DNA from: a virus
Virus record (IMG/VR): IMGVR_UViG_3300034073_002480
Location: 64,001-128,000 of that record
Direction: 5' to 3' (one strand)
Length of the DNA: 64,000 nt
The notes under the pieces were generated by a model, which did no database searches, was not told where the DNA came from, and saw nothing but the letters and a program-made list of their open reading frames with translations. Within the stretch, counting starts at the first letter, position 1. Each line of letters begins with the position of its first letter. The position numbers were made by a program, and so were the translations under genes. Shown one piece after another: positions 21,660 through 31,621 of the stretch.

Positions 21660-22917
21660 ATATAAGACTCAGTTGTACAGTAAGTGTGATCAGGCATTGC
21701 AAACTTTTCTTCTGTCTCCGAAAAACCATATGTTTGTAGTACAGAATATAGTTTATCTGTGTCTTCCTTTGAAGGATTCAACAACATTATGCCTACAAAA
21801 AAGCGTCTAACAGGTTCTGGTGGTTTTTCAGCAGCAACATATTCTATAGATTCAATACCATCAAAAAAGTAGATATCGTCACCAATGTCAACTCTTTGTG
21901 AGCCAATATAAGCTTTAATGGTAAATAACCAGTATGCAGTACCAATCTTCAAGTATATTTGAAGAGTATCTTGATAGTAACCTTGACCACAATCAAAATA
22001 ACCAGTATCGTACAAGCCATACTTCTTGATATCATTTGCAAATTGTTCTGGTGTTGTTACAGTCTCGTTCTCATAAATGTCAATCATACAGCTACACCTT
22101 CATCTAAATCTTCTAAAGCAGCGTTGTAACCTTCATCAAAACCATCCATCCAACCTATTCTGACACCTGCTAGAAAAGCTTGCTCCATAGTAGTGTGAGG
22201 GTTTCCCAACAGATACAAACGATAGCGAAACTCTGGTGTCCATATATCGTTGTACACAGCATGGTAATCGTCCCACTCTGCAAAACCTAACATCTGATAC
22301 ACTTCTTGTTCAGTAGGACAACCTTGTGCATGGTAGGCTAATAATTTATCTTGTAGTTGTTGTATGTTGTATTCTACCATCTTATACTCTTTGTTGGTAA
22401 ATTTTATAACTGCACAGCATCACATTCTAGAAAGTAGTCAAAATAATCAAGAGCTATATTTTCTTTGAAAAAGTGGTGGTGAATGTAATCAACTTGATCT
22501 CCAGTAAGTTCTGTAAGTCCATACAGAAGAGGGTCGATTTCATCTTGCAAAAAGTCAACCGTAGAAAGGAAGGTTAGTGCATCTGGTGGTAGTTGTATTT
22601 CAAACCCCAAAGCCTCTGTTTGCTTGTAATAAGCACGTATATATCTATCAACTTGCATATATTTTCTCCAATAAAGATTCTACTTTTCCTATTAGTAATA
22701 GTAAAGTAATGTTTTGATAAAGTTCTAGATTTTCAGACTGTTCTTCATACAAACGGTTAGCTTTTGATAACCAAGTTTCATAATGCTTTGAATTAGATGT
22801 TTGAAACAAAATATCATAGAAACAGAGTAGATCTTGTTCTGTAACTAATCTATTGACTTGTAATTGTCGGTAAGCATTGTCAATTTCTTCCTGTGTCCAC
22901 TCTTTTTCTATGGTCAT
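21656..22917 (-). other. Run of four hypothetical CDS (21656..22087, 22084..22380, 22404..22658, 22648..22917)
   Basis: Coupled minus-strand ORFs. Confidence 0.6.
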
Positions 22918-23026
22918 ATATTTCTATTGTTATATCTGGTTTTTTCTTCTCTTCCTTCTTCTTTTCTGGTTTTGATTGAGCATACCATAAACAAGCTGCC
23001 ACTACCAAACCACCTATGATCTCCAC

Positions 23027-23854
23027 TTATTTCTCATTCAAATACACCTGTTTTGGTAAATAATCAGCAATCAAACCGTCCTCTGTAAGGTGACCTATAC
23101 TGTGTGCTTTAAAAGCTTCATAGTCAAATTCTTCTTTATAAGCATAGCAACGCGCAATCTCACGAAAATTCTGCCAATACCACATAATGCAACGTTTATC
23201 TAAATATACAAGTTTTAGAGTACGTGCTGTAGTAAAGACGATAAGAGACTCACAGACTGCATGTTGTTTATTAGTAGCACGGTTGAATCCAGCAGCATAG
23301 GCAGCAGCTTGCAAATAGTAGCCAATATAGAAATCAAGATCATAAAAGGTCTTGACGTTTTTCCAATCGAGAATTACATTTGTAGAACCTGTACCAATCT
23401 GCACATCTTGTTCGTTAGTAAAACGAGAGCGATCCATGACAGCTACTGCATCCAGAGTACCTCCAAATCCAACTCTTTGGTCACTAGGATCTATCCACAA
23501 GATCTTCTTTTCTTGTAGAGGTAGATCAATCTTACATACAACTTTCTGTATATTGTTATAACGTGTGATTTCTTTCTTGTCTAATTTTGTGAGATCACCA
23601 GTCTCAATAGCTTCGTGAATTTTAGTGCCAGACTTCGCACCTTTTCTTCTATGGATCTCCGCTTCTTCAGCACCCATTTTCTCTACGTTTTTCTGATGCC
23701 AAGCACGGATAGCCTCTATGCCCTTCACGTTGTAGTGATCTTTTAATTTTGTCACAGAGGGGTATCGCATATCTGGTTGGCTGTTATGTATATAGAAACG
23801 GGAGTCAGTTGCAGTGTCATTTATCTGCGTGATCTGAGAATCATCTAGGAACAT
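23027..23854 (-). CDS. PD-(D/E)XK exonuclease
   Basis: YPSVT, GTKIHEAIE, GGTLD, ILDWK, YYLQAAAYA motifs. Confidence 0.88.
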   Translation of the reverse strand: MFLDDSQITQINDTATDSRFYIHNSQPDMRYPSVTKLKDHYNVKGIEAIRAWHQKNVEKMGAEEAEIHRRKGAKSGTKIHEAIETGDLTKLDKKEITRYNNIQKVVCKIDLPLQEKKILWIDPSDQRVGFGGTLDAVAVMDRSRFTNEQDVQIGTGSTNVILDWKNVKTFYDLDFYIGYYLQAAAYAAGFNRATNKQHAVCESLIVFTTARTLKLVYLDKRCIMWYWQNFREIARCYAYKEEFDYEAFKAHSIGHLTEDGLIADYLPKQVYLNEK

Positions 23855-23877
23855 AGAAGAAAAGGTGAAGTGTTTAT

Positions 23878-24090
23878 TTATTCTAGCACATCGGGACTTA
23901 TTTCATCTACTAGTTCTTCTTTGGTGGCAAACAAATGATAATCTTCTATAATCTGTGATCCGTATTTGGTCTTGACACGGTATAATGAGTACCAACCTTC
24001 AACCCCATATTCCTCTTCTTGCAGAACAATACCTTTGTGTATTCTGTTGTTGCTTATAAACCAAACTTCATCTTGTGGTTCTATAACCAT
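23878..24090 (-). CDS. Small beta-barrel-like hypothetical protein
   Basis: DEVWFI...LFATKEEL; the same repeat occurs in 24081..24506. Confidence 0.65.
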   Translation of the reverse strand: MVIEPQDEVWFISNNRIHKGIVLQEEEYGVEGWYSLYRVKTKYGSQIIEDYHLFATKEELVDEISPDVLE

Positions 24091-24506
24091 TGCTTTAACT
24101 CCAGAGCTTTTGCTACAGCATCTTGTGGGTTATCGAAAACAATATTGAGATCAACGTTAAAAAGTGGCACAGATGGAAGTGGCACACGAATTTCTACAGT
24201 TTCATTTGTTGTAGAAATTACACAAGCTTTTTCGATACGTAAAGTGTCACGGTTATCTGCTTCTTCTATATACCACACAGTTTGACCAACAACAAAATTA
24301 TGTAGTGGTGGATCAATAGCTGCTAACAAAGCTTCTTTTGTTGGAAAAAGTTTATTTGTGCATATGGATTTTTGACTCTCATATAGTTCAACATCGTCTG
24401 TACTTGCATAACGTACAGTACCTCTTCTGATTTTCGGTGTAGAGTCTATATACCACACGATATCGCCAGTTTTATACTTCATCTTCAACCTCAACAATAA
24501 AATCAA
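24081..24506 (-). CDS. Hypothetical protein with two internal repeats
   Basis: GDIVWYID...LFPTKEAL and GQTVWYIE...VFDNPQDA. Confidence 0.65.
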   Translation of the reverse strand: MILLLRLKMKYKTGDIVWYIDSTPKIRRGTVRYASTDDVELYESQKSICTNKLFPTKEALLAAIDPPLHNFVVGQTVWYIEEADNRDTLRIEKACVISTTNETVEIRVPLPSVPLFNVDLNIVFDNPQDAVAKALELKQWL

Positions 24507-24530
24507 TTACTTTCACAGACAGAATTAATG

Positions 24531-24809
24531 TCATATAGGTAACTCCATTAACGGTTGCCAGTAACAATCAGTCAAATCTTGTTCGTCACAGCAGATATGG
24601 TAGTCATTGAAGTCAGCAGCTAAGAGATGCCAACATTGATAAACTACAACCTCTTGTGGCACTCCATCTATAATACCTTCGTATTTGTAACCATACTTGC
24701 GTTCATAATAAGCTGTGCAGACACAACCACGAAGACCATAGAAAAGAAGGAAATGAGTACCATCCCTTGGTGCTGTGTCTAGTGTTTGCCAGTTATGTGT
24801 TGTTGTCAT
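24531..24809 (-). CDS. DUF551-like protein (start at MTTTHNWQ)
   Basis: WQTLDTAPRDGT...YWQPL; ATGA overlap with upstream gene. Confidence 0.75.
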   Translation of the reverse strand: MTTTHNWQTLDTAPRDGTHFLLFYGLRGCVCTAYYERKYGYKYEGIIDGVPQEVVVYQCWHLLAADFNDYHICCDEQDLTDCYWQPLMELPI

Positions 24810-25204
24810 AGTTGTGGTGGTTGTGGTAAAGGTTGCCAATACAAGGGAGCAGGGTTTAGCATAGGTTGGCAACCAAAGTAATGGTCTGGATAAAAAATCC
24901 ACCATGTAGGTGCATCGTATTTTGCGTGTTGCACACCATAAGTAGGATGGTAGACCAACACATACTTTTTGCTCGGTGCTGTAGTTATTGGTTGCCAAGG
25001 ACTGAATAATTCGGGTAGTTTGTGTTGTATAAGTAGTTTACGTCCCACTGTATCAGGATCATCAACCCAAGCTTTATGTATGTTAGTTATATAACTCAAT
25101 ACATTGTAAGAAGTTCTCAACCTTCCTATCAATCTTGTAATACCATGTTCACCAACATCATCATAGTCAACAACTACAACTTCAATTTTATATACGTTTG
25201 TCAT
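24806..25204 (-). CDS. Protein with C-terminal DUF551-like domain
   Basis: WQPITTAP...PLYWQPLPQPP. Confidence 0.75.
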   Translation of the reverse strand: MTNVYKIEVVVVDYDDVGEHGITRLIGRLRTSYNVLSYITNIHKAWVDDPDTVGRKLLIQHKLPELFSPWQPITTAPSKKYVLVYHPTYGVQHAKYDAPTWWIFYPDHYFGCQPMLNPAPLYWQPLPQPPQL

Positions 25205-25272
25205 TATTTTCTTCCATATGTTTGATTAGTTTTTGACAGTGAGTTCGCTATCACAGCAGTAAGTAACGTCTG

Positions 25273-25905
25273 TTAAGACATCGATATCAAGTTACGCACA
25301 ACCTGTTTTTGTTTCCAATGCTTTGCAGTGTCTTGTATATGCCCTTGCCTTACAAACTTACCTATGTTCAAACGAAAGTCCTCATAACCAAAAGAACCAG
25401 CATTGCGTATGACATAACCTTCAGTCACAGAGAAATCCAACTTTCTTTCTATGTCTCGTATCTTCTGGCGATCATACAACCCATAGTATAAAACAGGTAC
25501 AGGGGTAACGCCTAACAACGCAAACCAGTCTAAAGTGTCAGACCATGATAAACATTGATTAGAATCGTTCCATATAGAAAAACCGTAGAAATAAGTGGTG
25601 AGGTTATTATAAAAAATACTGTGTTTAGCATATACGTTTTCACCGCAAAGTCGCCAATTTACAGGGATATCATGTTGGAAGCCAGTGAATAACTGTTTAA
25701 CCCAATCTCTACTTTCATGACTAGCAGAGTCTATACTCCTAGCATGAGAATAGTTAGAGTAAACTGTTGTATTTTCACCATCTAGTTTCTCAGTAACAAC
25801 TACTGTCATACTTTCAAACTGTGTATCTGTTTGTAATGTTTTGTCATCACTAGTTGCACTTTGTGACCAAGGTAGATGATAAGTGCGTGGGTATTTAGTA
25901 TACAT
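25273..25905 (-). CDS. ATP-dependent RNA ligase (Rnl2-like nucleotidyltransferase domain)
   Basis: KYPRTYHLPWS, motif I TEKLDGEN, GENVYA, EGYVIR, KFVR. Confidence 0.9.
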   Translation of the reverse strand: MYTKYPRTYHLPWSQSATSDDKTLQTDTQFESMTVVVTEKLDGENTTVYSNYSHARSIDSASHESRDWVKQLFTGFQHDIPVNWRLCGENVYAKHSIFYNNLTTYFYGFSIWNDSNQCLSWSDTLDWFALLGVTPVPVLYYGLYDRQKIRDIERKLDFSVTEGYVIRNAGSFGYEDFRLNIGKFVRQGHIQDTAKHWKQKQVVRNLISMS

Positions 25906-25906
25906 T

Positions 25907-26227
25907 TTATTTACCTAATACACGTAATCTATGTAAAACCACAGGGAATTTAGAATCCCACTCAGCAGATCCGTAGTATAAATCTTTGTATAAGTTGTAA
26001 TAAGCTTCAACTTGCTTCAGTATCTCTTGTGGATCAGTATTATTATGTTTAAGCACAGAAATAAGTTCCAAAAAACCAGCAGTACGTTCTTTATATATAG
26101 ATGATTCTAAGGTAAGTTTAAAATGTAACCCAAACAAAAAACCTACAATTACACGATGAGCAAAAGGTCGTGTACCCCATGTACACCAACCGATTTTGTT
26201 GAGTAAACCCCAAAAGTAATCACACAT
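25907..26227 (-). CDS. Hypothetical protein
   Basis: 106 aa ORF. Confidence 0.6.
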   Translation of the reverse strand: MCDYFWGLLNKIGWCTWGTRPFAHRVIVGFLFGLHFKLTLESSIYKERTAGFLELISVLKHNNTDPQEILKQVEAYYNLYKDLYYGSAEWDSKFPVVLHRLRVLGK

Positions 26228-26228
26228 A

Positions 26229-26561
26229 CTATAAGTCCCATATACGTTCTAAACATTTCAATTGATAACAAGGGTACATAGGAGGATAAGGATCTAAATG
26301 ACCATCAGAATCAAGAGTACATTCAAAATCCTCAACATAGAAAAGAACATAAGGCAGTAGATGCCTGTACTCACTACATAACAATGATTGCATGGTGGAT
26401 AATACTAATTCTTGTGCTGTGTGGAACACAAAAATAAAACCAGTATCTTTGCACTCTACAAGTTTTTCTAACCAACTACGGCATTCTGCTTCTATGTCAC
26501 AATCGCGATATAGTTGTACAGATTTATCTTGCTCTGTATATAGAATTTCTAGTTTAGCCAT
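26229..26561 (-). CDS. Hypothetical protein, paralog of 54672..54992; DUF3696-like tail
   Basis: TAQELVL...EYRHLLPYV.F.V... shared with 54672..54992; LDSDGHLDPYP tail. Confidence 0.6.
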   Translation of the reverse strand: MAKLEILYTEQDKSVQLYRDCDIEAECRSWLEKLVECKDTGFIFVFHTAQELVLSTMQSLLCSEYRHLLPYVLFYVEDFECTLDSDGHLDPYPPMYPCYQLKCLERIWDL

Positions 26562-26682
26562 GTATAATCCACACTAGTAAAGATAAAACTACAAATTTTT
26601 CAAACATATCGGCTCTGGTGCAGGTGGCATATCATCAATAGGTGGTAGAGAAGGAATAGTATCATCGTCATCGCCCATATTA

Positions 26683-28120
26683 TTATAACCTCACAGTTTT
26701 TGTTTTTAAATAGTCGTATATATCAAAACCATCTGGTGATACCCATTGAACCCAGTATGCTTCGCCATCATCTTCAGTCGGGTATACCCAATTATTTAAT
26801 GCAGCATATACAGCAAGTTCTTCTTGTGGTCTTGCTTTGTATAAATAACCTCTACATATTTCTCTTGCCAGTAGAAAGTCTCTATGTTCCAACAAAGCAT
26901 GAAAGACACGTATAGCTTCTTGTTCATTTCCAAGATCATAAATAAAAGGTTGTGGTGTCCAATTATCATACCAAAATACAATGCGGTATTTACCCATAGT
27001 CATATTCTGTAGCTCCTAATTCCTTGGTTATCTGTAAAAAGTATCTATGTGTGAAGCACAACCAACAATCAAAATCATTTGTAGCTCTTGGTGTCAGCAA
27101 CTCATGTATTGAAGACCATAGAAGAGAAAGCGTTTGCTCTGTAATAGGTAGTATAGCTCTCCACCAACCATCATCTATACTGTACAATGAAAGACATTGC
27201 CAAGGTTCTTTATGACGACCACCACCCAAATGATGTCGTGTCAGCGCTAGTTCATTGTATTGTCTGTTATATAAATGCAAAGCATCAGATGGTGTAACTT
27301 TTACCACACAAGCATATGTTTCACTGTACACATCACCAGAATTACCTATTCTTTTTCTATGGTATGTTTGTCCTAACAAAGGATCTAATTCTTCAGGAGA
27401 CATTGTGTATAAGTTGTACATATTCTCTTCAATGAGTTGTAGGTTACTCATACAACTACCTCTTTCTGCCAATAACAAACACCAATTACACCTATATATG
27501 ATTCCTGTTGTTTAGAGTCTACGCCTAGAGTGTCATCAAACAAACGGCATCTCTTATGCCCACCATCGTTGTAGAAATAAGGGCAGATATGCATCTTGTA
27601 ATCCCAACACACGGACTCAGGTGGTACTTGCGTTAGTTTTATAATCATACTCAGGCTCCATCAAGTTTATCAACCATCTTACACGAAATGAACACTGCCA
27701 ACGATCAGAAATATAGGACAGATCACCTTTGATAGATTCTTCGTCAGTCATCTCTAACAAACCCAAACCATCACCATGATCTACAGGTGGAGAAGCTGTG
27801 TAACCATAAGTCTCGAAACCCGACCTATAATCAGGATCTCTAGCCAACAATACAAGCTCGTAATGTCGCTTGAGCCATAGAAGAAAAGGTTGGAGCTTCT
27901 GTTTGATTTGTTGTAGAGACAGTGGTTCCAGTACAGCATTATAACCAAAAGAATCCATCAACACACAGAAGTCTTTGTGTTTCTTACAACTATATCTAGG
28001 TCTGCGGTTACGTCTTTTGTAGCGTATAGACAACTGGTTGTATTCGTCACTTCTTTTTCTTCTACGGTTCTTGCACTTACGTTTGTAAAAGTAAGTAAAC
28101 CAAGGATCGTTACAGGACAT
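26683..28120 (-). other. Run of four hypothetical CDS (26683..27003, 26990..27478, 27448..27648, 27617..28120)
   Basis: Overlapping minus-strand ORFs. Confidence 0.6.
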
Positions 28121-28121
28121 A

Positions 28122-28772
28122 TTACCGACCTCTGTATAATTTATTTATAATAGGTACACACGATAAGAAGTAGTGGTTAGCTCTTACAACAGAATTATCT
28201 ACATCGTATAATTCTTTATGTAGATCCAACAACTGCTCATGGTTTAAACCAGCTTCTATATCTAAATGTCTAATAAAGTCTCTGTCATAAGATCTGATAG
28301 CATCACCAAAATACATCTCTAGCAACACTGCATCAGCTAGGCTTTGAAAATACATAGCTATACCTTTTTCTCTGCACATTGTTGTTTCATAGGAACCTCG
28401 GATCGGTGCATCTTTCGTAAGATCCTTGAAGTAAACAGAATATTGTGTAAGACGAGTAACTAGATCCTTACCTTTGTTACTGACAGGATCATCTTGATTT
28501 ACTATAGCTATATTGTTTAAGGCAGGTGATTTCAGATTGTATTTGTCTGTATTTCTTTCTATGTATAGTTTTACAAGAACAGAAGATAGTATACCGACAA
28601 GAAAATAATCATCTGTGATCTCATGGATCTCCAAACGTCCTTTTCTCCAACCATAGTGTTTCTTTAGCTCCAGTATGAACCCTTTTGGTTTGTTACCTTT
28701 TATATACTGCTCTAGAGTTATTACAGGTGTGGTAAAATCCATACCTTGCTTAAGTAACCAATCATACATCAT
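28122..28772 (-). CDS. Protein resembling the C-terminal specificity region of Eco57I/TaqI-type restriction-modification enzymes, without a catalytic domain
   Basis: YFLVGILSSVLVKLY and YFQSLADAVLLEMYF...LHKELYD...VPII resemble such C-termini as recalled; no NPPY or FxGxG motif. Confidence 0.5.
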   Translation of the reverse strand: MMYDWLLKQGMDFTTPVITLEQYIKGNKPKGFILELKKHYGWRKGRLEIHEITDDYFLVGILSSVLVKLYIERNTDKYNLKSPALNNIAIVNQDDPVSNKGKDLVTRLTQYSVYFKDLTKDAPIRGSYETTMCREKGIAMYFQSLADAVLLEMYFGDAIRSYDRDFIRHLDIEAGLNHEQLLDLHKELYDVDNSVVRANHYFLSCVPIINKLYRGR

Positions 28773-28774
28773 AA

Positions 28775-29532
28775 TTAATTCACAGGTACTAATATTAAAT
28801 GTGTATCTTCGTCTTCTATGGTTTCACCAGACCATGTGTTATAAGGTTCATAACCAGCTAAGCCTATACATGCTAGAGGGCTGTAAGCATTACCTTCAGC
28901 ATCTTTTTGTATAATGATTTCTTTGTCGAGATCAGCTTCAGTTGTTTCTGCTAATAAATCACGTAGTGTCATATTACACCTCTATATCTGGTTCATGGTT
29001 AGCAACCCATTGTGCGTACCACTCTGGGTTTGTTTTTAATTCTTGATGTATAATCTGCCAACACTGGTATATACGATCTCTTACGTCTGTACCATTGCTA
29101 TCGGTGTCAAAGTCTTCGTAATCAAAACAAGCGCCCCAAATAGCGTTCTGTATATCTTTCGGCGGTACATTGCCATACTTCATGGGTTGATCCATAACAC
29201 TTGTGAGATGTTTAGCTTGATTTCTTGACATGTTTATATAACCAATCTATATATTTAAAAGATTCCCCTCCGAAATCAACTAGTCCTTGATGACTAGAGT
29301 GTAGGGCTTCGTGGGCAGGTGCATATAGCGCAGGGTGTCGTTGCAAAAAAGATGACAAATCTTCTTCATATCTCTGACAAAAAGGTATCTCGTAGTTGTA
29401 GGTATAATGCCAATAACCACCAAGAAATCGGTCAGATACACGAGCTACATAGATGTAACCGTTATCTAAAACCCATACAGTTATACGAGGTTTACTTAAC
29501 ATTTTTTCTATGGCTCTAATATATATGACCAA
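28775..29532 (-). other. Three small hypothetical CDS (28775..28972, 28974..29231, 29212..29532)
   Basis: Packed minus-strand ORFs. Confidence 0.6.
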
Positions 29533-29714
29533 TGTGTAGGTTTATTGAACCGTTCTATTTTGCAAGTAACCCAACCTGTTAAATCCCACTTTTCAGGATC
29601 ATTAGAATCAAACCATCTACTCACTTCTACAACAGGTATTGTGTGGTCTAAAAAAGATGCTAATAATATCCATTCACCATCTTTAGGTGCAGTTTCAATA
29701 GGTTGCCAATTCAT
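29508..29714 (-). CDS. DUF551-like protein
   Basis: MNWQPIETAPKDG...PTHW. Confidence 0.8.
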   Translation of the reverse strand: MNWQPIETAPKDGEWILLASFLDHTIPVVEVSRWFDSNDPEKWDLTGWVTCKIERFNKPTHWSYILEP

Positions 29715-29985
29715 GATTTACCTCAAAATAAACTAATATATTATTGTCAATATCATAATCAAGGCTTACAAAATTCTGCGTTATTACAATAATTTGTGTA
29801 ATAGCATGAAGTAATTTATCCTGATTACCAAGACTTATACGACAATAGTTTGGTTCTTCGTACTCGCACGAAAAATCATTTTTGAGAAAACATTTTTTCA
29901 AAGTAGGTAGTAGTGTTTTCTCTAAATACTCTTTTTCTTCTGCTGACTCGAATACAAGTACAATACTTTGATAGTTTAACGGCAT
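29695..29985 (-). CDS. Hypothetical protein
   Basis: 96 aa ORF. Confidence 0.6.
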   Translation of the reverse strand: MPLNYQSIVLVFESAEEKEYLEKTLLPTLKKCFLKNDFSCEYEEPNYCRISLGNQDKLLHAITQIIVITQNFVSLDYDIDNNILVYFEVNHELATY

Positions 29986-30046
29986 AATAACACCATAGAA
30001 AAAACAAAAGACGCTGCCGAAACAACATCTTTCTTTTATTTATAAA

Positions 30047-30118
30047 TAGGCGCGGTTGGATTCTAACCAACATACCATCTGTTATGAGCAGAGTTCCTTG
30101 ACTGTCGGACACGCGCCC
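30047..30118 (-). tRNA. tRNA with CAU anticodon (elongator Met or Ile2); CCA not encoded
   Basis: Hand-folded: GGGCGCG-TG-TCC(GACAGTCAA)GGA-A-CTCTG(CTCATAA)CAGAT-GGTAT-GTTGG(TTAGAAT)CCAAC-CGCGCCT-A, 72 nt; lacks the initiator GGG/CCC anticodon stem. Confidence 0.85.
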
Positions 30119-30124
30119 AAATGA

Positions 30125-30335
30125 AGGTTATACGTTACCTACAAACGTGAAATGTCGAACCGATCCTAGCAAGAGAGGTGTTCTCGTCCACGCCAACTGT
30201 ACCGAGATTATGATCCACAAGGCTATTATTGGCAGCCCTTATGCTACTTCCTGAAGAGTGTTTTTCATACAAGATCGCTTTTTTCATGTCAGCCGACATT
30301 GGTTTTAACAGGGGACTCCTAAGAGCGCGTAGCTG
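30125..30335 (-). ncRNA. Candidate structured RNA between ssb and the tRNA
   Basis: No listed ORF; long-range stem 30289-30300 with 30151-30163 (G-U pairs work on the minus strand); internal hairpins. Confidence 0.4.
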
Positions 30336-30349
30336 TTATTGTGTATAGG

Positions 30350-30790
30350 TTAGAAAGGCACATCTAGGTCTGAAGATGGTGGTGCTGCTGGTGCTGAAGG
30401 ACGTTTGGTTGTTGCTGTAGATTCAACAGCAGACTCATTATCAAACTTACGATCCAATAATACAATATCTGAAGGATTCTTGATTAAGAGTTCAGTTTTA
30501 GTAGAACCATCATTGGCTTGATAGGTACGAGTTACCAGATTGCCAAGCACAAACAAACGGCAAGGATTTTCAGCAGTATGTTTATGGATTTTCTCTGCCA
30601 GAGCTATACCAAGTTTATTCCAGATTTCAACAGTGATCCATTCAGCAGGAGCATATTGTTCACCTTCTGCTTTCTTTTCACCGTTTAAAGCACGAACTTT
30701 AACCTTTAAAACAGCACTACCTGAGTCAAAATACTTAAGCTCAGGATCTTGTGAAACAGTAGCATCAGAAAGTGTAATTTTGATAGACAT
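30350..30790 (-). CDS. ssb: Single-stranded DNA-binding protein
   Basis: OB fold DPELKYFDSG...WITVEIWNK...GNLVTRTY; acidic C-terminal tip DLDVPF. Confidence 0.92.
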   Translation of the reverse strand: MSIKITLSDATVSQDPELKYFDSGSAVLKVKVRALNGEKKAEGEQYAPAEWITVEIWNKLGIALAEKIHKHTAENPCRLFVLGNLVTRTYQANDGSTKTELLIKNPSDIVLLDRKFDNESAVESTATTKRPSAPAAPPSSDLDVPF

Positions 30791-30810
30791 AGTTTTTTGT
30801 TAGTTATTGT

Positions 30811-31131
30811 TTAGATTTGATGTGTACCTTCAACATTACGTTGTTCACGTTGTTGAGTGCGATGATTTAACCAGTGTAATGCTTCTTCAAGCTTGGTGAT
30901 AGCAAGTGCATTTTCACGACAGGCAAACTTAGAAGATTGGTAGTATTGAATCCTTTGCAAAGCGGCAGCAATTACAGTTTCAACAAAAGCACCATTAGGT
31001 TGTTGGCGTTCAGCACCACGACCTAAAGCACCATCTTGCCAATCGATCCGTAATCCAGTTCCAACTACATAACCACCAGCAGGATTTCCATCAGGATCAT
31101 TATAGTTTTTAAATTCAAATGTATCAATCAT
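30811..31131 (-). CDS. tad1: Tad1-family anti-defence signal sponge (anti-Thoeris/anti-CBASS)
   Basis: IDWQDG..., NGAFVETVIAAALQRIQYYQSSKFACRENALAITKLEEALHWLNHRTQQREQRNVEGT matches the Tad1 C-terminal consensus (F.SRENA.ALT..EEALMW...R...R..RNV.GT). Confidence 0.85.
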   Translation of the reverse strand: MIDTFEFKNYNDPDGNPAGGYVVGTGLRIDWQDGALGRGAERQQPNGAFVETVIAAALQRIQYYQSSKFACRENALAITKLEEALHWLNHRTQQREQRNVEGTHQI

Positions 31132-31172
31132 TATAATCTCTTTAGTGGTTTATTTTTCCATAGTGTGTAGTT

Positions 31173-31200
31173 ATTATAGCATACTGATAGTGGTTGTCAA
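31173..31200 (-). promoter_or_regulatory. Consensus sigma70 promoter TTGACA-N16-TATAAT with extended -10 TG
   Basis: Plus strand: tgtcaa at 31195-31200, attata at 31173-31178; about 40 bp upstream of the tad1 start. Confidence 0.85.
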
Positions 31201-31577
31201 GCGTAAGCATCCATTTCTGGGTAAATAGGTTCATCATCTGGTTGTACAGCAATATCTGGTACATAGAAATCAGTACCTAATAACCAATCTAGAATTGGTA
31301 CATTACCAGCTTGAGGTTCAAATTTAGTCATAAACAAATTAATATCTATTTCTGACACTTGATAATCAACCAACCATTCTTGGTAAGAGTAGTAAGATAC
31401 TACCCCAAAAGAAAGTTCAGCATCATCAGTAGGTAAATAATAGAAATAGTTATCTACAGATACACACAAAGATGCCCAATCTTCTTTATTATATAATCGC
31501 CAACCTCTAGATGTAGGCAACTCAGGATTATTGCTAGGATTAGAGTTGTAAATAACAAGGAGCATATTAAGTACCAC
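31197..31577 (-). CDS. Hypothetical protein
   Basis: 126 aa acidic ORF. Confidence 0.6.
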   Translation of the reverse strand: MVLNMLLVIYNSNPSNNPELPTSRGWRLYNKEDWASLCVSVDNYFYYLPTDDAELSFGVVSYYSYQEWLVDYQVSEIDINLFMTKFEPQAGNVPILDWLLGTDFYVPDIAVQPDDEPIYPEMDAYA

Positions 31578-31621
31578 ACAACAACAAGTAGTAATTAGAA
31601 GGGTACTACCAATCCTTGTGA

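Noticed and set aside
29876-30112. 78-aa minus-strand ORF in the track
   Set aside because: It overlaps the tRNA cloverleaf at 30047-30118 and the next gene, so it is probably spurious.
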